From Macrostomum hystrix (Eukaryota; Animalia; Platyhelminthes): a stretch of 64,000 nucleotides of DNA. Location of the stretch: assembly GCA_950097015.1 (NCBI GenBank), contig CATNEN010000008.1, positions 1,612,001-1,676,000 on the forward strand, written 5' to 3'. Position numbers and translations under genes: made by a program. Under the pieces are notes generated by a model. That model had not been told where the DNA came from and made no database searches. It saw only the letters and a list, made by a program, of their open reading frames with translations. Positions 63,804 to 64,000 of the stretch are shown here, piece by piece. Numbering within the stretch: the first letter of the stretch is position 1; the number at the start of each line of letters is the position of its first letter.

Positions 63804-64000
63804 TATATAAAAGTGAAAACTCTGTCTGTGTGTGTGTGTGTGTGCAACATTTTGTCTTTATAGACGCCGAAACCGCTCAACCAAATCGCACCAAACTTTG
63901 CACATACCTAAAACCACCTACGCTGAGTGCAATAGGCTACTCAAATTCCCGAAAAATCATTTCCTTCCTGCTCAAAAGTGCAAAAAACTGCTCAAAAATC
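63804..64000 (+). mobile_element. Helitron-like non-autonomous element 5' region (true start at 62552, split by the mariner)
   Basis: Removing the mariner restores A|TCTATATATATAAAAGTGAAAAC..TGTCTGTGTGTG..GAAACCGCTCAACCAAATCGCACCAAACTTTG, the TC start and microsatellite layout of Lep1-type Helitrons. The 3' end lies outside the window. Confidence 0.6.

Overview
Eukaryotic (metazoan) genomic DNA with spliceosomal introns. GC-rich exons with poly-Q/poly-A tracts, introns full of tandem repeats and an intact B12-dependent MMUT suggest a non-insect invertebrate, most plausibly a free-living flatworm such as Macrostomum. That taxon call is inference only. Eight protein-coding genes can be built by hand with splice-site and reading-frame consistency: the 5' end of AASS (-), a GPR158/179-like class C GPCR (+), a FMRFamide-receptor-like peptide GPCR (-), a fibrillar collagen (+), a multi RING/PHD PHRF1-like gene (-), PHKB (-), a second shorter RING-RING paralog (-) and MMUT (-). 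Mobile DNA includes two tRNA-derived SINE families, an internally deleted mariner nested in a Helitron-like 5' end, a probable solo-LTR/promoter cassette, and about 20 distinct tandem arrays. The most interesting signals are: (1) the RING/PHD gene has no AUG ahead of its first zinc finger and begins at an in-frame acceptor, consistent with start-codon donation by a flatworm-type spliced leader or with UUG initiation; (2) the fibrillar collagen has a furin-type RSRR site in a 16-residue break inside an otherwise canonical-length helix and lacks C-propeptide Cys2 and Cys3; (3) inverted SINE pairs cage one PHKB exon; (4) a full antisense Pol II promoter sits inside a GPR158 intron. Coordinates were counted by eye and may be off by a few bases.
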